From the human T2T-CHM13v2.0 reference genome, Homo sapiens: a stretch of 64,000 nt of DNA. Where the stretch lies: assembly GCF_009914755.1 (NCBI RefSeq), contig NC_060933.1. One strand, given 5' to 3'. Within the stretch, counting starts at the first letter, position 1. Each line of letters opens with the position of its first letter. The notes beneath the pieces are model-generated. The model ran no database searches, was not told the DNA's origin, and worked only from the letters and a program-made list of their open reading frames with translations. The translations under genes were made by a program, and so were the position numbers. Shown in pieces: positions 42,460-56,130 of this stretch.

Positions 42460-44150
42460 TGGAATCAACCCGATTGCAATGGAATGGAGTGGAATGGAAT
42501 GGAATGGAAACAACCCGAATGGAATGGAATGGAAAGGATTCGAATGGAATCAACCTGACTGCAGGGGAATGGAATGGAATGGAATGCAATGGAATGTAAT
42601 GGAATGGAATGCAATCGAATCAACTCGATTGCAATGGGATGGAATGGAATGGAATGGAAGGGAAAGGAATGGAATGGAATTAACCTGAACAGAATGGAAT
42701 GGAATGGAATGGAACGGAATGGAATGGAATGGAATGGAATGGAATGGAATTGAATGGAATGGAATGAACCCGTGTGCAATGGAATGGAATGGAATGGAAT
42801 GGAATGGAATGGGTTCAACACGAATGGAATGGAAAGGAATGGAATCAACACGAGTGGAATGGCATGGAATGGAATGGAATGGAATGGAATGGAATGGAAT
42901 GGAATGGAATGAAATGTAATGGAATGGAATGGAATGGAATTAACCCGAGTGCAGTGTAATGGAATCGAATGGAATGGAATGGAATGGAATGGATTCAACA
43001 CGAGTGGAATGGAAAGGAATGGAATAAACCCGCGTGGAATGGCATGGAATGGAGTGGAATGGAATGGAATGGAATGGAATGGAATCAACCCGAGTGCAAT
43101 GTAATGGAATCGAATGGAATGGAATGGAATGGAATGGATTCAACCCGAATGGAATGGAAAGGAATGGAATAAACCCGAGTGGAATGGCATGGAGTGGAGT
43201 GGAATGGAATGGAATGGAATAGAATGGAATGGTACGGAATAGAATGGAATGGAACGAAATGGAATGGAATGGAATGGAATGGAATGGAATGGAATGGAAT
43301 GGAATCAACCCGAGTGCAGGGGAATGGAATGGAATTGAAGGCAATGGAATGGAATCATCCGGAATTGAATGGAATGGAATGGAATCAACTCGATTGCAAT
43401 GGAATGGAATGGAATGGAATGGAATGGAATGGAATGGAATGGAATGCAATGGAATGGAATGGAATTAACCCTAATAGAATGGAATGGAATGGAATGGAAG
43501 TAAATGGAATGGAAGGTAATGAACCCGAGTGCAGGGGAATGGAATGGAATGGAATGCAATGGAATGGAGTCATCCGGAATGGAACGGAAAGGAATGGATG
43601 GAACCAAACCGTGTGCAATGGAATTGAAAGGAATGGAATGGAATGGAATGGATTCAACCCGAATGGAATGGAAAGGAAGAGAATCAACCCAAGTGGAATG
43701 GCATGGAATGGAATGGATTGGAATGGAATGGAATGGAATGCTACCGAATAGAATGGAATGGAACGAAATGGATTAGAATGGAATGGAATGGAATGCAATC
43801 AACCCGAGTGCAATGGAATGGAGTGGAATGGATTGGAATGGAATGGAAACAAACTGAATGGAATGGAATGAAATGGAGTGTAAGGGAATTGAATACAATC
43901 AAACCGAATGTAATGGAATGGAATGGAACGGAATGGAATGGAATGGAATGGAATGGAATGCAGTGGAATGGAATCAAACCTAGTGCAATGGAATGGAATG
44001 GAATGGAATGGAATGGAATGGAATGGAATGGAATGGAATGGAATGGATTCAACCCGAATGGAATGGAAATGAATGGAATAAAACCGAGTGGAATGGCATG
44101 GAATGCAAAGGAATGGAATGGAATGGTACGGAATAGAATGGAAAAGAACG
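42460..44150 (+). repeat. Copy of ~25575-27140 (offset ~17.0 kb)
   Basis: AAGTAAATGGAATGGAAGGTAATGAACCCG 26456/43498, GCTACCGAATAG 26714/43740; GAGTGCAGTGTAATGG in both copies. Confidence 0.85.
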
Positions 44151-47100
44151 AAATGGAATGGAATGGAATGGAATGGAATAGAATGGAATGGAATGGAATC
44201 AACCCGAGTGCAATGTAATGGAATTGAGTGGAATGGAATGGAATGGAATGGATTCAACCCGAATGGAATGGAAAGGAATGGAATAAACCCGAGTGGAATG
44301 GCATGGAGTGGAGTGGAATGGAATGGAATGGAATGGAATGGAATGGAATGGAATGGAATGGAATAGAATGGAATCCACCCGAGTGCAGGGGAATGGAATG
44401 GAATGGAATGCAATGGAATGGAATCATACGGAATGGAATGGAATGGAATGGAATGGAATCAACCCGATTGCAATGGAATGGAGTGGAATGGAATGGAATG
44501 GAAACAACCCGAATGGAATGGAATGTAATGGAGTGTAAGGGAATTGAATAGAATCAATACGAATGTAATGGAATGGAATGGAACGGAATGGAATGCAATG
44601 GAATGGAATGCAATGCAATGGAATGGGATCACCCGAGTGTAATGGAATGGAATCGAAAGGAATGGAATGGAATGGAATGGTTTCAACCCGAATGGAATGG
44701 AAAGGAATGGAATCATCCCGAGTGGAATGGAATGGAATGGAATGGAATGGAATGGAATGGAATGGAATGGAATGGAATGCAATGCTGTGGAATGGAATCA
44801 AACCTAGTGCAATGGAAAGGAATGGAATTGAATGGAATGGAATGGATTGGATTCAACCCAAATGGAATGGAAAGCAATGGAATCAACCCGAGTGGAATGG
44901 CATGGAATGGAATGGAATGGAATGGAATGGAATGGAATGGAATGGAATGGAATCAATTCGATTGCAATGGAATGGAATGGAATGGAATGGAATGGAATGG
45001 GTTCAACTCGAATGGAATGGAAAGGAATGGAATCACCCCGAGTGGAATGGCATGAATGGAATGCAATGGAATGGAATGGAATGGAATGGAATGAAATGGA
45101 ATGGAATGGAATGCAATGGATTCAACCCGAGTGCTATGTAATGGAATGAAATGGAATGGAATAGAATGCAATGGATTCAACACGAGTGCTATGTAATGGA
45201 ATTGAGTGGAATGGAATGGAATGGAATGGAATGGATTCAACCCGAATGGAATGGAAAGGAATAGAATAAACCCGAGTGGAATGGCATGGAATGGAGTGGA
45301 ATGGAATGGAATGGAATGGAATGGAATGGAATGGAATGGTACGGAATAGAATGGAATGGAACGAAATGGAATGGAATGGAATGTAATGGAATGGAATGGA
45401 ATGAACCCGTGTGCAATGGAATGGAATGGAATGGAATGGAATGGAATGGAACGCAATGGGTTCAACTCGAATGGAACGGAATGGAATGGAATCAACCCGA
45501 GTGGAATGGCATGGAATGGAATGGAATGGAATGGAATGGAATGGAATGGAATGGAATGAACCCGTGTGCAATGGAATGGAATTGAATGGAATGGAATGGA
45601 ATGGAATGGATTCAAGTCGAATGGAATGGAAAGGAATGGAATCAACCCGAGTGGAATGGCATGGAATGGAATGGAATGAAATGGAATGGAATGGAATGGA
45701 ATGGTACGGAATAGAACGGAATGAAACGAAATGGAATGGAATGGAATGGAATGGAAAAGAATGGAATGGAATGGAAAGGAATGGAATGGAATCAACCCGA
45801 GTGCAGGGGAATGGAATGGAATGGAAGGCAATGGAATGCAATCATACGGAATTGAATGGAATGGAATGGAATGGAATGGAATGGAATCAACTCGATTGCA
45901 ATGGAACGTAATGGAATGGAATGGAATGGAATTAACCCTAATAGAATGGAATGGAATGGAATGGAAGGGAATGGAATGGAATGGAATGGAATGGAATTAA
46001 CCGGAATAGAATGCAATGGAATGGAATGGAATGGAATGGAATGGAATGGAATGAAATGGAATCAACTCGATTTCAATGGAATGGAATGGAATGGAATGGA
46101 ATGGTATGAAATTAACCCGAATAGAATGGAATGGAATGGAATTGAATGGAATGGAATGGAATGGAATGGAATGGAATAGAGTGGAATGGAATGGAATGGA
46201 ATAGAATGGAATCCACCCGAGTGCAGGGGAATGGAATGGAATGGAATGCAATGGAATGGAATCATACGGAATGGAATGGAATGGAATGGAATGGAATCAA
46301 CCCGATTGCAATGGAATGGAGTGGAATGGAATGGAATGGAATGGAAACAACCCGAATGTAATGGAATAGAATGGAGTGTAAGGGAATTGAATAGAATCAA
46401 TACGAATATAATGGAATGGAATGGAACGGAATGGAATGCAAAGGAATGGAATGGAATCTAATGGAATGGGTTCAACCCGAGTGCAATGGAATGGAATCGA
46501 AAGTAATGGAATGGAATGGAATAGATTCAACACGAATGGAATTGAAGGGAATGGAATCAACCAGAGTGGAATGGAATTTAATGGAATGGAATGGAATGGA
46601 ATGGAATGCAGTGAAATGGAATCAAACCTAGTGCAATGCAATGGAATGGAATGGAATGGATTAGATTCAACCCAAATGGAATGGCAAGCAATGGAATCAA
46701 CCCGAGTGGAATGGCATGGAATGGAATGGAATGGAATGGAATGGAATGGTACGGAATAGAATGGAATGGAACGAAATGGAATGGAATGGAATGGAATGGA
46801 ATGGAATGGAGTGGAATAGAATGGAATCCACCCGATTGCAGGGGAATGGAATGGAATGGAATGCAATGGAATGGAAAGGAATGGATTCAACCCGAATGGA
46901 ATGGAAAGGAATGGAATAAACCCGAGTGAAATGGCATGGAAGGGAATGGAATAGAATGGAATGGTATGGAGTAGAATGGAATGGAACGAAATGGAATGGA
47001 ATGGAATGGAATGGAATGGAATGAACCCGTGAGCAATTGAATGGAATGGAATGGAATGGAATGGAATGGAATGGGTTCAACTCGAATGGAATGGAAAGGA

Positions 47101-47849
47101 ATGGAATCAACCCGAGTGGAATGGCATGGAATGGAATGGAATGGAATGGAATGGAATGGAATGGAATGGATTCAACCCGAATGGAATGGAAAGGAATGGA
47201 ATAAACCCGAGTGGAATGGCAAGGAATGGAGTGGAATGGAATGGAATGGAAGGGAAAGGTACGGAATAGAATGGAATGGAAGGAAATGGAATGGAATGGA
47301 ATGGAATGGAATGGAATGGAATGAACCCATGTGCAATTGAATGGAATCGAATGGAATGGAATGCAATGGAATGGATTCAAGTAGAATGGAATGGAAAGGA
47401 ATGGAATCAACCCGAGTGGAATGGCATGGCATGGAATGGAACGGAATGGAATGGAATGGATAGTTACGGAATAGAATGGAATGGAACGAAATGGAATGGA
47501 ATGGAATGGAATGAATGGAATGGAATGGAATAGAATGGAATCCACCCGATTGCAGGGGAATGGAATGGAACGGAATGAAATGGAATGGAATGGAATGGAT
47601 TCAACCCGAATGGAATGGAAAGGAATGGAATCAACCCGAGTGGAATGGCATGGAATGGAATGGAATGGAATGGAATGGTACGGAATAGAATGGAATGGAA
47701 CGAAATGGAATGGAATGGAATGGAATGGAATGGAATGGAATGGAATGGAACGAAATGAAATGGAATGTAATGGAATGGAAAGGAATGGAATTAACGCGAA
47801 TAGAATAGAATGGAATGTAATGGAACGGAATGGAATGGAATGGGATGGA

Positions 47850-49300
47850 ATGGAATCAATCTGAGTGCAGGGGAATGGAATGGAATGGAATGCAATGGAA
47901 TGGAATGGAATGGAATGGAATGCAATGGAATCAACTAGATTGCAATGGGATGGAATGGAATGGAATGGAATGGAAGGGAATGGAATGGAATGGAATTAAC
48001 CTGAACAGAATGGAATGGAATGGAATGGAAAGGAAAGGAAGGGAATGGAATGGAATGGAATTAACCTGAACAGAATATAATGGAACGGAATGGAACGGAA
48101 TGGAATGGAATGGAATGGAATGGAATGGAATGGAATGCAATGCAATGGGATCAACCCGAGTGCAGGGGAATGGAATGGAATGGAATGCAATGGAATGGAA
48201 TCAATCAACCCGAGTGCAATAGAATGCAGTGGAATGGAATGGAATGGAATGGAAAGTACCCGAATGGAATGGAATGTAATGGAGTGTAAGGGAATTAAAA
48301 AGAATCAATCCGAATGTAATGGAATGGAATGGAACGGAATGGAATGGAATGGAATGGAATGGAATGGAATGGAATGAAATGGAATGGTATGGAATGGAAT
48401 GGAATCAACCCGAGTTCAATGGATTGGAATCGAATGGAATGGAATGGGATGGAATGGATTCAACCCGAATGGAATGGAAAGGAATGGAATAAACCCGAGT
48501 GAAATGGCATGGAAGGGAATGGAATGGAATGGAATGGTAAGGAATAGAATGGAATGGAACGAAATGGAATGGAATGGAATGGAATGGAATGGAATGGAAT
48601 GGAATGGAATGAACCCGTGTGCAATGGAATGGAATGGAATGGAATGGAATGGAATGGAATGGAATGGAATGGGTTCAACTAGAATGGAATGGAAAGGAAT
48701 GGAATCAACCCGAGTGGAATGGCATGGAATGGAATGGAATGGAATGGAATGGAATGGAATGAAATGGAATGGAAGGGAATGGATTGAAATGGAATGGAAT
48801 GGAATGGAATCAACCCGAGTGCAATGTAATGGAATTGAATGGAATGGAATGGAATGGAATGGAATGGATTCAACCCGAATGGAATGGAAAGGAATGGAAT
48901 AAACCCGAGTGGAATGGCATGGAATGGAGTGGAATGGAATGGAATGGAATACTACGGAAGAGAATGGAATGGAACGAAATGGAATGGAATGGAATGGAAT
49001 GGAATGGAATGAACACGTGAGCAATGGAATGGAATCGAATGGAATGGAATGGAATGGAATGGATTCAACTCGAATGGAATGGAAAGGAATGGAATCAACC
49101 CGAGTGGAATGGCATGGAATGGAATGGAATGGAATGGAATTGAACGGAATGGAATGGAATCAACTCGATTGCAAAGGAATGTAATGGAATGGAATGGAAC
49201 GGAATTAACGCAAATAGAATGGAATGGAAAGGAATGGAACGGAATGGAATGGAAAGGAATGGAATGGAATCAAACTGAGTGCAGGGGAATGGAATGGAAT
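47850..49300 (+). repeat. Copy of ~23350-24800 (offset ~24.5 kb)
   Basis: AAAGTACCCG 23756/48253, TACTACGGAAGAG 24453/48950, ACACGTGAGC 24521/49013. Confidence 0.85.
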
Positions 49301-49900
49301 GGAATGCAATGGAATGGAATGGAATGCAATGGAATCACCTCGATTGCAATGGGATGGAATGGAATGGAATGGAATGGAAGGGAATGGAATGGAATGGAAT
49401 TAACCTGAACAGAATGGAATGGAATGGAATGGAATGGAATGGAATGGAATGGAATGCAATGGAATGGAATCAATCAACCCGAGTGCAATAGAATGCAGTG
49501 GAATGGAATGGAAAGTACCCGAATGGAATGGAATGTAATGGAGTGTAAGGGAATTAAAAAGAATCAATCCGGATGTAATGGAATGGAATTGAAAGGAAAG
49601 GAATGGAAGGGAATGGAATGGAATGGAATGGAATGAAATGGAATAGCATAGAATGGAATGGAATTAACACGAGCGCAATGGAATGGAATGGAATGGAATG
49701 GAATGGAATGGAATGGAATGGATTCAACCCGAATGGAATGGAAAGGAATGGAATAAACCCGAGTGAAATGGCATGGAAGGGAATGGAATGGAATGGAATG
49801 GTACGGAGTAGAATGGAATGGAACGAAATGGAATGGAATGGAATGGAATGGAATGGAATGGAATGAACCCGTGAACAATGGAATGGAATGGAATGGAATG

Positions 49901-52200
49901 GAATGGAATGGAATGGAATGGAATGCAAAGCAATGGAATCAACTCGATTGCAATGGAATGGAATGGAATGGAAAGGATTAGAATGGAATCAACCCGAGTG
50001 GAATGGAATGGAAAGGACTGGAATGGAGTGGAATGGAATGGAACGGAATGGAATGGAATCAACTCGATTGGAATGGAGTAGAATGGAATTTGAATGGAAT
50101 GGAATGGAATGGAATGGAATTAACCCGAAAAGAATGGAATGGAATGGAATGGAACGGAATGGAATGGAATGGAATGGAATGGAATCAACCCGACTGCACG
50201 GGAATGGAATGTAATGGAACGCAATGGAATGGAATCATCCGGAACGGAATGAAATGGAATGGAATGGAATCAACTCGATTGCAATGGAATGGAATGGAAT
50301 GGAATGGAATGGAAAGGAATGGAATGGAATGGAATGGACTGGAATTAACCCGAATAGAATGGAATGGAATGGAATGGAAAGGAATGGAAGGGAATGGAAT
50401 GGAATGTAATCAACCCGAGTGCAGGGGAATGGAATGGAATTGAATGCAATGGAATGGAATCATCCGGAATGGAATGGAATGGAATGGAATGGAATGAACC
50501 CGATGCAATGGAATGGAATGGAATGGAATGGAATGGAATGGAATGGAATGGAATGGAAAAATCCCGAATGGAATGGAATGTAATGGTGTGTAAGGGAATT
50601 GAATAGAATCAGTCCGAATGTAATGGAATGGAATGGAATGAAATGGAATGGAATGGAATGGAATAGAATCAAACCGAGTGCAATGGAATGGATTCGAAAG
50701 GAATGGAATGGAATGGAAAGTAATAGAATGGAATCAACCCGAGTGGAATGGAATGGAAAGGACTGGAATGGACTGGAATGGAATGGAATGGAATGGAATC
50801 AAATCGATTGGAATGGAATGGAATGGAATGGAATGGAATCAACTCGATTGCAATGGAATGGAATGGAATGGAATGGAATGGAATGGAATGGAATGGATTG
50901 GAATTAACCCGAATAGAATGGAATGGAATGGAATGGAATGGAAAGTAATGGAATGAAATGGAATGGAATCAACCCGAGTGCAGGGGAATGGAATGGAATG
51001 GAATGCAATGGAATGGAATCATCCGGAATGGAATGGAATGGAATGGAATGGAATGGAATGGAATGGAATGGAATGGAATCAACTCGATTACAATGGAATG
51101 GAATGGAATGGAAAGGAATGGAAGGGAATGGAGTGGAATGTAATCAACCCGAGTGCAGGGGAATGGAATGGAATGGAATGCAATGGAATGGAATCATCCG
51201 GAATGGAATGGAATGGAATGGAATGCAATCAACCCAATGCAATGGAATGGAGTGGAATGGAATGGAATGGAATGGAAACATCCCGAATGGAATGGAATGT
51301 AATGGAGTGTAAGGGAATTGAATAGAATCAATCCGAATTTAATGGAATGGAATGGAATGAAATCGAATGGAATGGAATGGAATGGAATCAACCCGAGTGC
51401 AATGGAATGGATACGAATGGAATGGAATGGAATGGAATGGATTCAACAAGAATGGAATGGAAAGGAATGGAATCAACCCGAGTGTAATGGCATGGAATGG
51501 AAAGGAATGGAATGGAATGGGATGGAATGGAATGGTACGGAATACAATGGAATGGAATGAAATGGAATGGAATGGAATGGAATGGAATGGAATGGAATGA
51601 CCCCGTGTGCAATGTAAAGGAATGGAATGGAATGGAATGGATTCATCTCGAATGGAATCAACTCGATTGCAATGGAATGGAATGGAATGGAAAGGAATAG
51701 AATGGAATCAACCCGAGTGGAATGGAATGGAAAGGACTGGTATGGAGTGGAATGGAATGGAATGGAACGGAATGTAATGGAATGGAATGGAATGGATTCA
51801 ACCCGAGGGCAGGGGAATGGAATGGATTGGAATGCAATGGAATGGAATCATCCGGAATGGAATGGAATGGAATGGAATGGAATGGAATGGAATCAACTCG
51901 ATTTCAATGGAATGGAATGGAATAGAATGGAATGGAATTAACACGAATAGAATGGAATGGAATGGAATGGAATGGAATGGAATGGAACTGAAAGGAATGG
52001 AATGGAATGGATTGGAATCAACCCAAGTGCAGGGGAATGGAATGGAATGGAATTCAATGGAATGGAATCATCCGGAATGGAATGGAATGGAATGGAATGG
52101 AATGGCATGGAATGGAATGGAATCAACCCGAGTACAGGGGAATGGAATGGAATGGAATGCAATGGAATGGAATCATTCGGAATGGAATGGAATGGAATGG
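49901..52200 (+). repeat. HSat3 transitional segment between dialect B and A
   Basis: Shares rare words with 35.4-36.2 kb (CATCCGGAACGG ~50236 vs ~35828; AAACATCCCG ~51277 vs ~36143). It also carries B-like words (GACCCCGTGTGC ~51599, GAGTGTAATGGCATGG ~51480). Confidence 0.55.
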
Positions 52201-52930
52201 AATGGAATCAACCTGAGTGCAATGGAATGGAGTGGAATGGAATGGAATAGAATGGAAGAACCCGAATGGAATGTAATGTAATGGAGAGTAAGGGAGTTGA
52301 AAAGAATCAATCCGAATGTAATGGAATGGAATGGAACGGAATGGAATGGAATGGGATGGAATGCAATGGAATGGAATCAACCCGAGTGCAATGGAATGGA
52401 GTGGAATGGAATGGAATCAACCCGAGTGCAGGGGAATGGAATGGAATGGAATGCAATGGAATGGAATCATCCGTAATGGAATGGAAAGGAATGCAATGGA
52501 ATGGAATGGAATGGAATGGAATCAACTCGATTGCAATCGAATGGAATGGAATGGAATTAACCCGAATAGAATGGAATGGAATGGAATGGAACGGAACGGA
52601 ATGGAATGGAATGGAATGGAATGGAATGGAACGGAACGGAACGGAATGGAATGGAATGGAATGGAATGGAATGGAATCAACGAGAGTGCAGGGGAAAGGA
52701 ATGGAATGGAATGCAATGGAATGGAATCTTCCGGAATGGAATGGAATAGAATGGAATGGAATGGAATGCAATGGATTCAACTCGATTGCAATGGAATGGA
52801 ATAGAATGGAATGGAATGGAATGGAATGGTATGGAATGGAATGGAATGGTATGGAATAGAATGGAATGGAACGAATTGGAATGGAATGGAATGGAATGGA
52901 ATGGAATGGAATGGAATGGAACAACCCGAA

Positions 52931-53030
52931 TGGAATGGAATGTAATGGAGAGTAAGGGAGTTGAATAGAATCAATCCGAATGGAATGGAATGTAATTGAG
53001 AGTAAGGGAGTTGAATAGAATCAATCCGAA
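52931..53030 (+). repeat. 50-bp tandem duplication
   Basis: TGGAATGGAATGTAAT(G/T)GAGAGTAAGGGAGTTGAATAGAATCAATCCGAA twice, with one mismatch. Confidence 0.9.
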
Positions 53031-54429
53031 TGTAATGGAATGGAATGGAACGGAATGGAATTGAATGGAATGGAATGGAATGCAATGGAATGGAATCAAC
53101 CCGAGTACAAAGGAATGAAATGGAATGGAACGGAATGGAATGGAATGGAATTGAATGGAATGGAATGGCTTCAAACCGAATGGAATGGAAAGGAATGGAA
53201 TCAACACGACTGGAATGGAATGGAATGGAATGGAATGGAATTGTTACGAGTGGAATAGGAGGGAATGTATACGAGTGGAATGGAAAGGAATGGAATCAAC
53301 CAGAGTGGAATGGAAGGGAATGGAATGGAATGGAAACTAATAGAATGGAATCAACCCGAGTGGAATGGAATGGAAAGGAATGGAATGGAATGGAATGGAA
53401 TGGAATGGAATGGAATGGAATCAACTCGATTGTAATGCAATGGAATGGAATGGAATGGAATGGAATGGAATTAACCCGAATACAATGGAATGGAATGGAA
53501 TGGAACGGAATGGAGTGGAATGGAATGGAATCAACCCGAGTGAAGGGGAATGGAATGGAATGGAATGCAATGGAATGGAAACATCCGGAATGGAATGGAA
53601 TGGAATGGAATGCAATGCAATGGAATCAACTCGATTGCAATGGAATGGAATGGAAAGGAATAGAATGGAATCAACTCGAGAGGAATGGAATGGAAAGGAC
53701 TGGAATGGAGTGGAATGGAATGGAATGGAATGGAATTAACTCGATTGGAATGGAATGGAATGGAATGGAATGGAATTAACCCGAATAGAATGGAATGGAA
53801 TGGAATGGAACGGAATGGAATAGAATGGAATGGAATGGAATGGAATGGAAAGGAATCAACCCGACTGCAGGGGAATGGAATGCAATGGAATGCAATGGAA
53901 TGGAATCATCCGGAACGGAATGGAATGGAATGGAATGGAATCAACTCGATTGTAATGGAAAGGAATGGAATGGAATGGAATGGAATGGAATGGAATGGAA
54001 TGGAATGGAATGGAATGGAATTCACCCGAATAGAATGGAATGGAATGGAATGGAAAGGAATGGAAGGGAAGGGAATGGAATGTAATCAACCCGAGTGCAG
54101 GGGAATGGAATGGAATGGAATGCAATGGAATGGAATCATCCGGAATGGAATGGAATGGAATGGAATGGAATGGAATGGAATGGAATGGAATGGAATGGAA
54201 TGCAATGGAATGGAATCAACCCGAGTACAACGGAATGGAATGGAATGGAATGGAATGGAATGGAATTTAATGGAATGCCTTCAAACTGAATGGAATGGAA
54301 AGGAATGGAATCAACACGAGTGGAATGGAATGGAATGGAATGGAATGGAATGGAATGGAGTGGAATGGAATGGAATGGAATGCAATGGAATGGAATGGAA
54401 TGGTACGGAATAGAATGGAATGGAACGAA

Positions 54430-56130
54430 ATGGAATGGAATGGAATGGCATGGAATGGAATGGAATCAACTCGATTGAAATCGAATGGAATGGAATGTAA
54501 TTAACCCGAATAGAATGGAATGGAATGGAATGGAATGGAACGGAACGGAATGGAATGGAATGGAATGGAATGGAATGGAACGGAACGGAACGGAACGGAA
54601 CGGAACGGAACGGAACGGAACGGAATGGAATGGAATGGAATGGAATGGAATGGAATGGAATCAACGCGAGTGCAGGGGAATGGAATGGAATGGAATGCAA
54701 TGGAATGGAATGGAATGGAATGGAATGAAATGCAATGGATTCAACTCGATTGCAATGGAATGGAATAGAATGGAATGGAATGGAATGGAATGGAATGGAA
54801 TGGAATTAACCCGAGTAGAATGGAATGGAATGGAATGGAACGGAATGGAACGGAATGGAATGGAATGCAATGGAATGGTATGGAATGGAATGGTACGGAA
54901 TAGAATGGAATGGAACGAATTGTAATGGAATGGAATTGAATGGAATGGAATGGAATGGAATGGAATCACCGCGAGTGCAGGGGAATGGAATGGAACGGAA
55001 TGCAATGGAATGGAATCATCCGGAATGGAATGGAATGGAATGGAATGGAATCAACCCGAGTGCAATGGAATGGAGTGGAATGGAATGGAATGGAATGGAA
55101 CAACCCGACTGGAATGTAATGTAATGGAGTGTAAGGGAATTGAATAGAATGAATCCGAATGGAATGGAATGGATTGGAAAGGAAAGGAATGGAATGGAAT
55201 GGAATGGAATGGAATGGAATGGAATGCAATGCCATGGAATCAACACAAGTGCAAACGAATGGAATCGAATGGAATGGAATACAATGGAATGGATTCATCT
55301 TGAATGGAATGGAAAGAATGGAATCAACACAAGTGGAATGCCATGGATTGGAATGGAATGGAATGGAATCAACCCGAGTACAGGGGAATGGAATGGAATG
55401 GAATGAAATGGAATGGAATCATCCGTAATGTAATGGAAAGGAATGGAATGGAATGGAATGGAATGGCATGGAATGGAATGGAATCAACTCGATTGAAATC
55501 GAATGGAATGGAATGTAATTAACCCGAATAGAATGGAATGGAATGGAATGGAATGGAACGGAACGGAATGGAATGGAATGGAATGGAATGGAATGGAACG
55601 GAACGGAACGGAACGGAACGGAACGGAACGGAACGGAATGGAATGGAATGGAATGGAATGGAATGGAATGGAATCAACCCGAGTGCAGGGGAATGGAATG
55701 GAATGGAATGCAATGGAATGGAATGGAATGGAATGGAATGAAATGCAATGGATTCAACTCGATTGCAATGGAATGGAATAGAATGGAATGGAATGGAATG
55801 GAATGGAATGGAATGGAATTAACCCGAGTAGAATGGAATGGAATGGAATGGAACGGAATGGAACGGAATGGAATGGAATGCAATGGAATGGTATGGAATG
55901 GAATGGTACGGAATAGAATGGAATGGAACGAATTGTAATGGAATGGAATTGAATGGAATGGAATGGAATGGAATGGAATCAACGCGAGTGCAGGGGAATG
56001 TAATGGAACGGAATGCAATGGAATGGAATCATCCGGAATGGAATGGAATGGAATGGAATGGAATGGAATGGAATCAACCCGAGTGCAATGGAATGGAGTG
56101 GGATGGAATGGAATGGAATGGAACAACCCG
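54430..56130 (+). repeat. Direct repeat at ~1.02-kb offset (~54430-55105 / ~55450-56130)
   Basis: TCGATTGAAATCGAATGGAATGGAATGTAATTAACCCG at 54471 and 55489. Long GGAAC runs and TAACCCGAGTAG are present in both copies. Confidence 0.88.
54577..54621 (+). repeat. (GGAAC)9 homogeneous variant run
   Basis: Nine consecutive GGAAC units; the paralogue (GGAAC)8 is at 55595-55634. Confidence 0.9.

Larger units (their letters stand above)
39481..49900 (+). repeat. HSat3 sub-domain B2 (dialect B; mosaic of B1 segments)
   Basis: Same B words as 15.8-34.7 kb (GAACCCGTGTGC, AAACCTAGTGC, AAAGTACCCG, GCTACCG, TACTACGGAAGAG, GATACAACTCG). No CTTCCGG seen. Confidence 0.75.

Noticed and set aside
4837-49765. 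AATAAA / ATTAAA hexamers (AATAAACCCGAG, ATTAAAAAG) as polyadenylation signals
   Set aside because: They arise from single substitutions in AATCAACCCG-type words and have no downstream U/GU-rich element. Function cannot be supported from sequence alone.
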